Counted from the first letter of the stretch, positions 29,004 to 38,940 are shown. The stretch: DNA of 64,000 nt from a virus (IMGVR_UViG_3300031555_003522:32001-96000), one strand, 5' to 3'. Made by a program: numbers and translations. Notes: generated by a model not told the origin, from the letters alone.

Positions 29004-29225
29004 ATGAAAGAACAATTTGAACAAATGAGTTTGGATGAACTTCGTAAGACACTAAGAGACGGTCTTGTAGTTCTCCATGATAAACTAAATCAAACCAATG
29101 GTTATGGTAATTTTTCTCATATAACAGGTCAAATAGATAGTGACTGGCCTGAAGTATATATTATCAATACAGGATCTATATATGGTAATGGAGATATAGA
29201 TTCCACCGATATATTCAAATTATAA
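29004..29225 (+). CDS. Hypothetical small protein
   Basis: AAGGAG SD before ATG 29004. Confidence 0.6.
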   Translation: MKEQFEQMSLDELRKTLRDGLVVLHDKLNQTNGYGNFSHITGQIDSDWPEVYIINTGSIYGNGDIDSTDIFKL

Positions 29226-29336
29226 TATGGAAGGGTTAACCCTTCCATATTTTTTTTTTGATTAATGATTTAAATACAAATATATATTATAATAATGATT
29301 CAATATAAAAATCATATCTTAAAAGGAGTATTTAAC

Positions 29337-29552
29337 ATGTTAAAGGTAGAAAGAGCAATGATGATATGTGTAAGTCACAAAGATTGGAATTGGCCTAAAA
29401 CCATTCTTGTACCAACAGATGGAGGATATGGAAAAAGGATAAATGAAATTGCAAAAGAAGTATTCGAAAAATACAAAGCCACTCAGCAAGATAATGATAT
29501 TGTTTTATTAAGTTATTCATATTATGGCGATGTTGAAATTTTGACTGAATAA
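29337..29552 (+). CDS. Small hypothetical protein
   Basis: AAGGAG SD before ATG 29337. Confidence 0.65.
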   Translation: MLKVERAMMICVSHKDWNWPKTILVPTDGGYGKRINEIAKEVFEKYKATQQDNDIVLLSYSYYGDVEILTE

Positions 29553-29580
29553 AAATATTAAAAGTATGGAGGATAATATA

Positions 29581-29796
29581 ATGAGCGTGGTTTTATCACA
29601 GATCTTCGATCATAAAGGTGAAAGAAATGATGAATATCAACTAAAATCATATGCGCTTGATGATAAATTTTATCTAGACATGTATCAGTATAATTCATAT
29701 AGTGGATGGAACACATCAATCAAGATGGATTTTTCTGTTGAAGAAGCAAAAATATTAAAGAGACAATTAGAAGAATTCATAGCACAAAATACCTAA
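29581..29796 (+). CDS. Small hypothetical protein
   Basis: GGAGG SD before ATG 29581. Confidence 0.65.
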   Translation: MSVVLSQIFDHKGERNDEYQLKSYALDDKFYLDMYQYNSYSGWNTSIKMDFSVEEAKILKRQLEEFIAQNT

Positions 29797-29826
29797 ATCT
29801 ATAATTTTAATAGGAGGGTAAATTTT

Positions 29827-30216
29827 ATGTCAATGAGATTTTCAGGAAGTAATGCATATGGGTTTTATGCATATATCGAAGGCGAAGAATTTATCATTGG
29901 AATGCAGCGCTCGAAAAATAGTGAAGTGCTTTATCGTGGAGAATATAAGGGTGATAACACTCCTTATCTAGATAAGATTAAAGAAAACAATATTAAATTA
30001 TACAATAATATTGTCAGATATTTCAAAGATCATACCAGAGATAGCGAAAATGCTATAATGTGTAATACTACTATGACTGATATGGAAAAGCTAAGCGCCA
30101 TTTTCTCATTTAATGAGGAAGAAGTAAAGAAACAATTTCCGCAGTTATATTATGCTATCCTTGCGGTATTGGATAAAGAAAAGAAAATTGATGCAAGTGA
30201 ATATTTCAACAATTAA
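29827..30216 (+). CDS. Hypothetical protein
   Basis: AGGAGG SD. Confidence 0.7.
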   Translation: MSMRFSGSNAYGFYAYIEGEEFIIGMQRSKNSEVLYRGEYKGDNTPYLDKIKENNIKLYNNIVRYFKDHTRDSENAIMCNTTMTDMEKLSAIFSFNEEEVKKQFPQLYYAILAVLDKEKKIDASEYFNN

Positions 30217-30228
30217 AAGGATAATCTT

Positions 30229-30390
30229 ATGATGAAATGTATTAGATACTTTAAGAGGGTTAAACGACTATTAGAACTCGGATGGTATAGAAATATATCT
30301 GGCGGTTTTACTGAAGGACATTGCATGGGTTTTATTAGTAGAAAAGAATTGTTCGATATGACAGAAGAGGAATTTGCAAGAATAAAATAA
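30229..30390 (+). CDS. Small hypothetical protein (53 aa)
   Basis: AAGGA SD; MMKCIRYFKRVK...; below ORF-track cutoff. Confidence 0.55.
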   Translation: MMKCIRYFKRVKRLLELGWYRNISGGFTEGHCMGFISRKELFDMTEEEFARIK

Positions 30391-30414
30391 TGATTTTAAA
30401 TGGAGGTATTAGAT

Positions 30415-30579
30415 ATGACAAGAGAACATCTTGGCGTTTTATTAGATGCTAAAGAAAAATTATGTAATTCATGTGATGCTATACATTGTGATATTTGTTA
30501 TGTGCCTAAGTTAATTGAGAAGCACAGAGAGCAGGTAGTTAAAAACGAAGAACATACAAACAATGATCATAAAAAATAG
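30415..30579 (+). CDS. Small Cys-rich protein (54 aa)
   Basis: GGAGGT SD; CNSCDAIHCDIC; below ORF-track cutoff. Confidence 0.6.
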   Translation: MTREHLGVLLDAKEKLCNSCDAIHCDICYVPKLIEKHREQVVKNEEHTNNDHKK

Positions 30580-30722
30580 TGATTTTAATTATATTATAAA
30601 AGTAGAATGAGGAATAGGCCTCATTCTACTTTATTTTTTTTTTTGTAAATTATTAGTAATATAAAAATATATTATCATTATGAATAAATTAAAACATGCA
30701 TTTTAAGTGTAGGATTTAAGTA

Positions 30723-30905
30723 ATGAAGGAATATATTGTATCTTTCGTGAGCTATATTGCAGATAGCCATGACCACGTGTATATTATGGCAGAGAATAAA
30801 ATGGAAGCATTGAAGATTGGTAAGTCCATGTTGAACACACATAAACTTGTTCCCGACTTTCTTAACAAGTACGGAAGGTTTAATGTTCATGAAGTGAAGA
30901 ATTGA
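30723..30905 (+). CDS. Small hypothetical protein
   Basis: ORF between junction motifs. Confidence 0.6.
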   Translation: MKEYIVSFVSYIADSHDHVYIMAENKMEALKIGKSMLNTHKLVPDFLNKYGRFNVHEVKN

Positions 30906-30942
30906 ATAAATTAAAACTTATATTTTAATGGAGGATTTGACT

Positions 30943-31167
30943 ATGAAGATTGGCGATAAAGTTAAAGTGATTGCCACTGACCGTGTTTGGGGAGATTTCT
31001 TTGGCGTGGTTGGCACTATCACTAACGAATTTGTAACTGTTATCAATGTTCACAAATTCGTTGTGGAGTTTGACGAGCCTTTCTATGACGAAGGCTTGGA
31101 GAATTGGAGCAACAATCCCTTTATTGACTCTTACGATTTTCCAGATGATTGTTTGGAATTAGTTTGA
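30943..31167 (+). CDS. Small SH3/KOW-like protein
   Basis: MKIGDKVKV...GVVGTI...VEFD...LELV; GGAGG SD. Confidence 0.65.
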   Translation: MKIGDKVKVIATDRVWGDFFGVVGTITNEFVTVINVHKFVVEFDEPFYDEGLENWSNNPFIDSYDFPDDCLELV

Positions 31168-31212
31168 GCAAATAAAAATCACATTTTAAGTGGAGGTGCT
31201 TATATAGACATC

Positions 31213-31404
31213 ATGGAAGGAATGAGCAAGCTTGCGGAAACTCTTGCGGAACTCATTGAAAAGGACAGAAACTATACCCATGTTAAGGTATTTGTCCAAA
31301 ACTGTGGCAACGCAGATGTTCAAAGAGAATGGAACTCTTTGACGGAAAAAGAGCAGAGAGCGGTAGCTGATGAATTGTATTATCATCTCCGCTCCACCAC
31401 ATAA
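31213..31404 (+). CDS. Small hypothetical protein
   Basis: GGAGGTG upstream; stop lies inside the junction motif. Confidence 0.6.
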   Translation: MEGMSKLAETLAELIEKDRNYTHVKVFVQNCGNADVQREWNSLTEKEQRAVADELYYHLRSTT

Positions 31405-31521
31405 AACTACTATTTTAATTCAAAAAGAAATTGGGTAGAACGAGGGTTATTCCTCGTTCTACTTTTATTTTTTCATTATATATTATATTTTTAGAAGAAC
31501 CACAAATAAACCATAAGGAGA

Positions 31522-33852
31522 ATGATAATCATGTTAATGGAACACAATAAGGAGACTTATGAACAATTTAAAGCTATGCTTCTTGAGCATCGCGAATGCT
31601 GCCTTATTGCGGCAACTGGCGCAGGTAAGACTTATATTACTCTTCAATTGATCAAGGATCTTAATTTAAAGGCATTAATTATTAGTCCTAGGGTTAATAT
31701 ACAAAATTCTTGGATAAAGAAATCAAAAAAGTATGGCATTCAAATAACTAGCACAACATATACCAATCTATATTTCAACATCGATGATTTCAATGGTTAT
31801 GATATTTATATTTTTGATGAGGCCCACCATATGGGAAGTGCCAAATGGGGAAAAGCTATAAATGATCTTAGATCATCATTATGTAAAAATATAATGGTTG
31901 TAGGTCTTACAGCAACCCCAGAAAGATATGAGACCTCATTTCGTAAGCAAATTATCGATATCTCATCAGCATTATTCAATGATCATATAGTATATGGGTA
32001 TACTCTAGACAATGCAATAAAGCTTGGGATTTTCTCTCCTGCGACTTATGTTTGTGCTATTTTTAATACAAATGATATACTAAAAAAGTATAGTAATGAT
32101 ATTTCCTTGGAGCTTAAAGGAAGACTTGATCTATCAATCCAGAATGCCGTGAAGATAGATGAGATATTGAAAAAGCATACTTCTTCCTTAGATAATATTA
32201 AAGGAATAGTATTTGTAGAAACTATAGATTCTGTTGATGAAGCATATGACTTAATAAGTAGCGTATTTCCGAACTTAATGGTCGAAAGTATTCATTCAAG
32301 AAAATCAAAAATTGCAAATACCGAAATTATTGAGGAATTTGAAAAAGCAGAATCCGGTTTTATAATAGCAGTTGATATGCTAAATGAAGGCATTCATATA
32401 TCTGGTATAAATACAATAGTCATGCTTAGAAAGACATTTAGCCCAACCCTATATAATCAGCAGGTAGGTAGAGGTTTTTCATCATCGGCTAATGAAAATA
32501 CTATAATATTCGATTTTGTAGGAAATGTTGTTTCTATAGAAAAAACTTTATCTTTATATAGTAATACTCAAAGATATAAAAGTTTTATTATGAATTATAA
32601 TAGTGATAAGGCCAGAGAGATATGTATATCAGATCAATGCATCATATACGATTATGCTTCTGATATTTTGGAGGTATTAAAAAATATAAATGATTATAGA
32701 AATAAGAATAGAAAATGGACGCAAGAAGAGGATGATATAATTAGAAATAATTATAAAGACAAAGGCGCCGAAGGATGCTCTAAGTTATTAATGAACAGAA
32801 CCATTTATGCATGTAGATCTAGGGCGCAAATACTAGGATTAAGCGATAGTTTTCAACCATGGACAGAAGAGGAAGATAATATTTTAAGAGAAAACTACCC
32901 AAAGATTGGATCCAAAGTATTTGAACTAATTCCAAATAGAACGGTTAATGCTATAAAGAATAGGGTAATTTTACTCGGTTTAAGGGTATACGATCGAAAA
33001 TGGTCAGAGGATGAAATATCAATATTAAGAGATTACTATCCATCGGCTAGTATATCTACACTTATGGAGATGCTACCAAATAGAAGTTATAGTGCTATTA
33101 GAAATACCGCAGTCAAATATAATATTATACGCAATGATTGCTCTTGGACTGAAGATGAGGATAATATTATATTGATCAATTACCCTAAAATTGGAGAAAA
33201 AGTGGTAGAGTTACTTCCAAATAGAACCAAACGTGCAATCAGTAAAAGGGCCAATATCCTTGGTGTTAAACGATCGAACTGGATGTGGACAGAAGAGGAA
33301 GATAATATTTTAAGAGAAAACTATCCGAAAATCGGAAAGGATGTGGTAAAATTACTCCCTGGAAGGGGGTATAAAGCATGCTACACTAGAGCTAATGCGT
33401 TAGGATTAAAGGCCGATTCATCTTTTGATAGATGGACTGAAGAGGAAGATAATATTTTAAGAGAATATTATCCTAAAATTGGAGTAAAAGTGATCGATCT
33501 ACTTCCAAATAGGTCTATTAGTGCTATAAAAAGTAGAGCAAAAAATATCAATGTGCTATTAAATCGGCTGTGGACAGAAGAGGAAGATAATATTTTAAGA
33601 GAAAATTACTCCAAGAATATTAAAATAGAAGCTATAGCTGAACTTCTTCCTGGTAGAACCATTGATGGCGTAAGAGCTAGAGTAAAATATTTAGGAATAT
33701 GTAATAGAATTACTAGATGGACAGAAGAGGAAGATAATATTTTAAGAGAAAATTACTCCAAGAATATTAAAATAGAAGCTATAGCTGAACTTCTTCCTGG
33801 TAGAACCACCGAATCAATTAGAAAAAGAATATCGTATTTACAATCAAGATAA
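31522..33852 (+). CDS. Superfamily 2 (DEAH, ResIII-like) helicase fused to eight Myb/SANT-like HTH repeats
   Basis: ATGAGKT, DEAHH, GLTATPER, MLNEGIHI, QQVGRG; eight W[TS].EED.IL..Y...L..R[TS]...R repeats. Confidence 0.88.
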   Translation: MIIMLMEHNKETYEQFKAMLLEHRECCLIAATGAGKTYITLQLIKDLNLKALIISPRVNIQNSWIKKSKKYGIQITSTTYTNLYFNIDDFNGYDIYIFDEAHHMGSAKWGKAINDLRSSLCKNIMVVGLTATPERYETSFRKQIIDISSALFNDHIVYGYTLDNAIKLGIFSPATYVCAIFNTNDILKKYSNDISLELKGRLDLSIQNAVKIDEILKKHTSSLDNIKGIVFVETIDSVDEAYDLISSVFPNLMVESIHSRKSKIANTEIIEEFEKAESGFIIAVDMLNEGIHISGINTIVMLRKTFSPTLYNQQVGRGFSSSANENTIIFDFVGNVVSIEKTLSLYSNTQRYKSFIMNYNSDKAREICISDQCIIYDYASDILEVLKNINDYRNKNRKWTQEEDDIIRNNYKDKGAEGCSKLLMNRTIYACRSRAQILGLSDSFQPWTEEEDNILRENYPKIGSKVFELIPNRTVNAIKNRVILLGLRVYDRKWSEDEISILRDYYPSASISTLMEMLPNRSYSAIRNTAVKYNIIRNDCSWTEDEDNIILINYPKIGEKVVELLPNRTKRAISKRANILGVKRSNWMWTEEEDNILRENYPKIGKDVVKLLPGRGYKACYTRANALGLKADSSFDRWTEEEDNILREYYPKIGVKVIDLLPNRSISAIKSRAKNINVLLNRLWTEEEDNILRENYSKNIKIEAIAELLPGRTIDGVRARVKYLGICNRITRWTEEEDNILRENYSKNIKIEAIAELLPGRTTESIRKRISYLQSR

Positions 33853-33930
33853 AAAATAAAGGTGGGATTTCCTCACCTTTATTTTTTTTTTAACTTATTT
33901 ATAAAGACTTATGTAAAGGAGCGTAGACTA

Positions 33931-34377
33931 ATGAAACTCAATAGATCTAAATTTACACATTATCTTGATATATTGTCTTTTACCATATTGTCTGTAGTAA
34001 CTACAGTGTATATGTTTATTGGAATTGCTAGACAAGAAGCAATTATGCAACCAGCTATGGCGTTTGCTATGGTATATCTTATGAATTTAATCTTCTATAG
34101 ATTATGCCTAGAATTTGATGGTACATTTAAACCTGAAAATAAATATACTACTGTATATTTTTTGAGCTTATTATATCTTCTAGGTATTATTGCTACTATT
34201 TCACTTTTGGTATATCTTATTTATTTTGCATTTATTGCTTTACATGATGAAATAGTATCAGAGATGTTTACAGATCATGTCTTTTATGCTACTATAGTAG
34301 GTTGTATTTTTAGTATTTTTATTTCTATAGATAATACCACAACACTATACAATCTTTATATAAAAGATAATAAATAA
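33931..34377 (+). CDS. Late four-TM membrane protein
   Basis: Four hydrophobic segments; AAGGAG SD before ATG 33931; late motif 33892-33903. Confidence 0.65.
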   Translation: MKLNRSKFTHYLDILSFTILSVVTTVYMFIGIARQEAIMQPAMAFAMVYLMNLIFYRLCLEFDGTFKPENKYTTVYFLSLLYLLGIIATISLLVYLIYFAFIALHDEIVSEMFTDHVFYATIVGCIFSIFISIDNTTTLYNLYIKDNK

Positions 34378-34426
34378 AAAAAGAAGAGAGCTGTTATGCT
34401 CTCTTCTTTTACTTTTCTATTTTCTA

Positions 34427-35104
34427 TTATGTCGATCTAATAAGTTGATCGATTATTTGTTCCATATAAGTTCTAGCATCATTGATCTCTCGATCCATCT
34501 TATCGAAATATTCTTTACTGCATAATTCATCTGTATTTTTAGCCAGACTTGTATGGATTATTGCTTCAAATTTGACATATATTTTATCCCCACAATATCC
34601 AGGATGTTGTTTAACAATTAGTTTATCTTTATAAGCCTCTATTAATTCAAATAATTTCTTTCTTTTATCTTCCCATTCAATATCTAGAATTTCAAGAGAA
34701 GGAAATTTAAATATTGGCCTATCACCTTTCCAGTTACGGGTAATTAGATCAGGATCATATGCTATAATCTCTCCATAGTCATAAAAAATACTAATACCCA
34801 ATGCAGCACAAGCCTTATGAGCAATAACTGTATCTCCATGAATCTCAACAAAATCGGATAGACATTTATTACATCTGGCATTTACAACCATTTTAGTATC
34901 TAAAAGAATAAAATTAGTCAGATCTCCTTCTAATTTAGTAAATGTCATTTTAGGAGGAGTTACAGTAATTATTTTATGGCAATATTTGCAATATAGATAT
35001 CTGGTTTCTCCATCATGACTATCAGATAAGCATACTCTCATCATATTATTGATACTCATTTTATTATTCCTCCTTATCAAAATGATGAATAATCTCATCC
35101 ACAA
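34427..35104 (-). CDS. CxxC...CxxC paralog family protein
   Basis: YCKYCH...RCNKC; true start probably 35059 (MSINN). Confidence 0.65.
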   Translation of the reverse strand: MWMRLFIILIRRNNKMSINNMMRVCLSDSHDGETRYLYCKYCHKIITVTPPKMTFTKLEGDLTNFILLDTKMVVNARCNKCLSDFVEIHGDTVIAHKACAALGISIFYDYGEIIAYDPDLITRNWKGDRPIFKFPSLEILDIEWEDKRKKLFELIEAYKDKLIVKQHPGYCGDKIYVKFEAIIHTSLAKNTDELCSKEYFDKMDREINDARTYMEQIIDQLIRST

Positions 35105-36158
35105 ATTTAAATAATGTATTTTTTAACCATGCTTGATCAGCTTCAGGAACTTTATCCTGAATATTAATGCTTTTAGGAATCTTAGGCCCTATTCTCAATG
35201 ATGGATTTTCATCCATAAACATTACTTCAAGATTACGCTTCTTCTGAGATGCTTTTGCAAGAATTACACTTACAACTTCAGGCTTTGTTTCTACTATATT
35301 AATCATAATATACGGATAGGAGTAATTCTCAACTTCTTTTAACGATGTAGTATTGTTATTAGTCCTAATTGTATCTATCATTTCTTTATGCCCAGAACAA
35401 CAATATTCGGTAGCAATACCAAGAAGATTAAGTTTAATTATCCTATCTACAAAATCTTCATCACACTCGAACATGCTCTGGTTGCAACTAGTACATATAG
35501 GCGCAAATGTAGTTCGTGTTCTTTCAATATCAAAGTTTTCAATATCAGAAGTAATACTAAATGTGGTTTCGCTCTTTACATTGAAAGATACTCTACCAAA
35601 GCAGGATGGACAAATAAATGTAGTCTTTACATGATCTATTTCAGAAATCTTATCATGATATAAGAAATTATTTCTATTCATATTTGCAGGAATACCGCCT
35701 TGCCAGTGCGATTGTATAGGATCTTCGTCATTTTTATCTAAAGGTAACATAACTGGTCCTATTGAATAACCTCTAGATTTTCTGTTTTTATAGTAATCTT
35801 CTATAGTAATACCATCCATTGTATTATAAATAGATAATACAACCATTTCTATGAATCCAAGATAATAATCACATTTAACAGTATCTACAGATACAACTGT
35901 TACATCTATACTATCGGGTGCATATGGATGCATGGTTACTTCCACCATCTTTTTTCCGGTAATATATGTGTAGTCCGATTTCCACACTTCTTCAATTACA
36001 TGCATTATTCCAACTTGGGTTCTAGCACTATTTGATAAATCAAGACTAAATCTATTGCTATCAGGATAAAATGAAACCCCAATACCAATAAAATTTAGTT
36101 GATCTTTTATAGACTCTAATCTATCTTTTAAAATTTCTGCTTTACTCATATTAATCAC
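35064..36158 (-). CDS. CxxC...CxxC paralog family protein with extra N-terminal domain
   Basis: ICPSCF...ICTSCNQSM...LNLLGIATEYCCSGH. Confidence 0.7.
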   Translation of the reverse strand: MINMSKAEILKDRLESIKDQLNFIGIGVSFYPDSNRFSLDLSNSARTQVGIMHVIEEVWKSDYTYITGKKMVEVTMHPYAPDSIDVTVVSVDTVKCDYYLGFIEMVVLSIYNTMDGITIEDYYKNRKSRGYSIGPVMLPLDKNDEDPIQSHWQGGIPANMNRNNFLYHDKISEIDHVKTTFICPSCFGRVSFNVKSETTFSITSDIENFDIERTRTTFAPICTSCNQSMFECDEDFVDRIIKLNLLGIATEYCCSGHKEMIDTIRTNNNTTSLKEVENYSYPYIMINIVETKPEVVSVILAKASQKKRNLEVMFMDENPSLRIGPKIPKSINIQDKVPEADQAWLKNTLFKFVDEIIHHFDKEE

Positions 36159-36173
36159 CTTTAATATATTTTA

Positions 36174-36812
36174 TTAGATACCCCTCTCCTCTATATTTTC
36201 AATAAAATGCTTGAGGAATCTAAGTAGACGATCATCAGATATTTTACAATTATAATCGAGTTTTTCATCTCCGCCAATATCTTCCTTGTTAAGGAATCCA
36301 AATCTAGAGTTATAAGATAATGGATGATAGAATGCACTAGAAATTGTAATACCACCAAGATCATCATTATTTTCTTCTTGGATTCTCTCCAAATTAAATT
36401 CTTCACTTTCACTACAAGTAAGGACGAAATTTGTAGTATGATAGAAATGCCAATTGGGCTCAAAAGATATAGTAATATTTGCACCACTACAATAAGTATC
36501 AAATTGTGTAATACTTGAATTATTAGTAATATAATTTGGTGTATAAAATGCTTTATTTACTTCTAATACTTTAACACCTAGAGTTCTAAGTTTTTCACAA
36601 GTTTCTACAAACTTAACATCCATATCTATCATTCTAGTACCGCATAAACAATTTGATCTACACCCTATAGAAATATTAAGAGTACTATAATCTATAGCAA
36701 CTTCTGTAGTAACTGTAGAAGGTCTATTTACTTTAGTAAATATTTTGAGTTCTTCTTTAGCACCACATTTAGGGCACCACATAATAATTGTATGAGTTTT
36801 ATAATTTTGCAT
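36174..36812 (-). CDS. CxxC paralog family protein
   Basis: WCPKCGA...CLCGTRM...LRTLGV. Confidence 0.7.
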   Translation of the reverse strand: MQNYKTHTIIMWCPKCGAKEELKIFTKVNRPSTVTTEVAIDYSTLNISIGCRSNCLCGTRMIDMDVKFVETCEKLRTLGVKVLEVNKAFYTPNYITNNSSITQFDTYCSGANITISFEPNWHFYHTTNFVLTCSESEEFNLERIQEENNDDLGGITISSAFYHPLSYNSRFGFLNKEDIGGDEKLDYNCKISDDRLLRFLKHFIENIEERGI

Positions 36813-36878
36813 ATATTTTACATATCCTTTTCTTTAATTACTGTATTGTAAAAATACTATTCAATTGCTAATTTGCTC

Positions 36879-37641
36879 TTAATCAAAGATGATAGGCTCT
36901 ATCATATTCTCAGGATCGTAGCCCATTGCTAATAAAGTAAGATATCGATCTATCTGATAGTCTGAGGCATAGTTAACATGTTTCATATGACCAGTTATAG
37001 GAGGGATATGCCTTAGCGTAATCTCTCCAGTTAAATTATCTCTATTTCTGAGTAAGTACACATTATCTTCGTTACAATCATATAGGGCAAAATAATCTAT
37101 TTCATCTACGTTATATACTGTTCTTTTTGGAATAGCTTTACCATGATCAAAAACATTTCCTTTGGATACTAACTGGAACAGTGTACCACCATTATCCACT
37201 CCAACACATCTAGAAGAAGATTTAACTTGTATTCTTTGCAGTTTTCCATCAAATTCAGCAACCAAATCTACCTTAGTATTATCAAGAATTGGCGTGTATA
37301 CCTGTATGCCATGTTCTGCAAATTTTCTTTATGGTAGCAACCTCACCTATTTTACCGACAAGTCCAGTATTATTTGTGCTTTTATCCACAGCCCTTGTAT
37401 CTGGTCTATACAATTCACATTGTATTGGATTTCTTTTTCTATCCTCACTAATCTTATTTCTATTTTCTAAAGACTTAGATCTGTTTTCTTCGGAATTTAA
37501 AGCCTGTATTTGATTCTGCCTTCCCTGAAATGTAACGTATTCATTTGAATACTTTCTAGCACATGTAGCTGAACAAAATCTTCCACTTCCATATGTGCCA
37601 TCATGCGGTTTTCTGCAATATTCACATATAATATCATTCAT
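36879..37641 (-). pseudogene. Frameshifted free-standing PD-(D/E)xK homing endonuclease (I-Ssp6803I-like) with N-terminal zinc finger
   Basis: Removing one A in aagAAAAttt (~37323-37326) joins ORFs 37282..37641 and 36879..37265 into GKIGEVATIKKFAEHGIQVYTPILDNTKVDLVAEFDGKLQRIQVK. Confidence 0.75.
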
Positions 37642-37748
37642 ATAAATTACCTCTTTCTAATGTATTAAAAGTATATTTCAGCTATATAATATATTTATGA
37701 ATAAAAGATTAATATTATTTGTACATATTATTAGTCTTTAATAGATAC

Positions 37749-37825
37749 GGGCCCATCGCCTAGCTGGTTAAGGCCTTCTGCTCATAACAGAACCACCGCA
37801 AGTTCGAGTCTTGCTGGGCCCACCA
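37749..37825 (+). tRNA. tRNA with CAT anticodon, probably tRNA-Ile2 (lysidine type); elongator Met not excluded
   Basis: Acceptor GGGCCCA/TGGGCCC-A-CCA (G1-C72, so not initiator; C4-G69/C5-G68 as in TilS substrates); ttctg-ctCATaa-cagaa; T-arm gcaag-ttcgagt-cttgc. Confidence 0.9.
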
Positions 37826-38084
37826 ACCCCTTTTGGGGTCCCATTTTCTTCCGTGGTAATACTTTTGTCCTAGACGCCCCGCGTCATCACCTGCCCAAGA
37901 TTTAATAATTTGAGCTTTTGATTGTTTATTGAGTTTTGTGATCACCTCCTATGTATCATTAAAAATTTCTTTAACAATATTTCATATATAAAAGACAAAT
38001 TCTAAATCAACTTCCATCTCTCAAAGTATTACCACAAAAACGAATAAGCACGGATGCTCTACCATCCGTGCTTATTTTTTTTTT
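37826..38084 (+). ncRNA. Candidate structured RNA 3' of the tRNA with an exact anti-SD (GAUCACCUCCU)
   Basis: 13-bp long-range stem 37853-37865:38023-38035 enclosing gatcacctcct (37940-37950); terminator 38044-38084. Confidence 0.45.
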
Positions 38085-38692
38085 CATAATCCATATCTGG
38101 AAAGATGCTCCAATATATCAAATGCAAACTCAAGCATATGCTCTTTCAATATAGCATAAGATTCTACATCTTTTAATGTGTAGGATTTTTTATTTTCTAA
38201 AGCTTCTTTAATTTTTGGTCTAAATTCCACAGTACCAGCATGTGTGGTTATCATATCACCATATTTATCATGATATTCCATCTCAATAAGTGTACGAGAT
38301 AAAAACTTTCTTTTCTCGTATCCTATATCTATGTAGAAGGATATAGAAGGAAATACGATAATAGGCTTGCTCAAGTCCATAGATCCATCATCATTTAAAC
38401 TACCTATAGAACCTACATTCACTATCATAGGAAATCCATATGAATAAGATCTTGTAAATAGCTTAATTGCTTCATTATCTGTGATATATTTCATCTCTTG
38501 ATCACAGAGATTGCATGTTGCTCTTATCATACAGTCAGGAAAGTTGAAAGTAGTTGTATCAAGAATAGAATTTATAGCTGAGATTTTGGCAAAATTTGAT
38601 ATTCGTGCTTCATACTTAAGTTCTTTACCACAACATGGACATACTAAATGTGCATCCATGACCGCAGTACTTTCAATACTCTTGTTAGCCAT
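38084..38692 (-). CDS. CxxC...CxxC paralog family protein
   Basis: VCPCCGK...TCNLCDQEM...FPSISF. Confidence 0.7.
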   Translation of the reverse strand: MANKSIESTAVMDAHLVCPCCGKELKYEARISNFAKISAINSILDTTTFNFPDCMIRATCNLCDQEMKYITDNEAIKLFTRSYSYGFPMIVNVGSIGSLNDDGSMDLSKPIIVFPSISFYIDIGYEKRKFLSRTLIEMEYHDKYGDMITTHAGTVEFRPKIKEALENKKSYTLKDVESYAILKEHMLEFAFDILEHLSRYGL

Positions 38693-38940
38693 CCTCCAGT
38701 ATCTCCTTTACGTTCCTTATTATATCTTTTAGAATAACGTCTAAGTATTAAATATACTATTTCTGTATTAATCTGCTTGGCGTGTACAGGATTGGGAGAA
38801 TACCAATTTTCTCCAAGTAGATAACGGCGTAGAAAATCAATGGCCGTTTCTGCATCCATTGGGGGTGCCATTATACCATAATCGTCTTGTTCATTAATCC
38901 ATTCATCGAATGTCTTATTCTTATTTTTCATATTATTCAA
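38644..38940 (-). CDS. Hypothetical protein
   Basis: 98-aa ORF; AACT-N6-TA motif at 38972-38961. Confidence 0.6.
   Translation of the reverse strand: MNNMKNKNKTFDEWINEQDDYGIMAPPMDAETAIDFLRRYLLGENWYSPNPVHAKQINTEIVYLILRRYSKRYNKERKGDTGGWLTRVLKVLRSWMHI

Larger units (their letters stand above)
29306..31418 (+). repeat. Dispersed 17-bp junction motif TAAAA-N5-ATTTTAA between small early genes (8 copies)
   Basis: 29306-29322, 29794-29810, 30383-30399, 30572-30588, 30690-30706, 30912-30928, 31173-31189, 31402-31418; each at a gene boundary; three copies have one mismatch. Confidence 0.7.

Noticed and set aside
29306-31418. CRISPR array
   Set aside because: Repeats are 17 bp, degenerate and separated by whole genes; no cas genes seen, and the 58932 nuclease lacks Cas4 Fe-S cysteines
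37760-37945. 61-aa minus-strand ORF
   Set aside because: Antisense to the tRNA; its GTG start lies within the SD-like sequence itself
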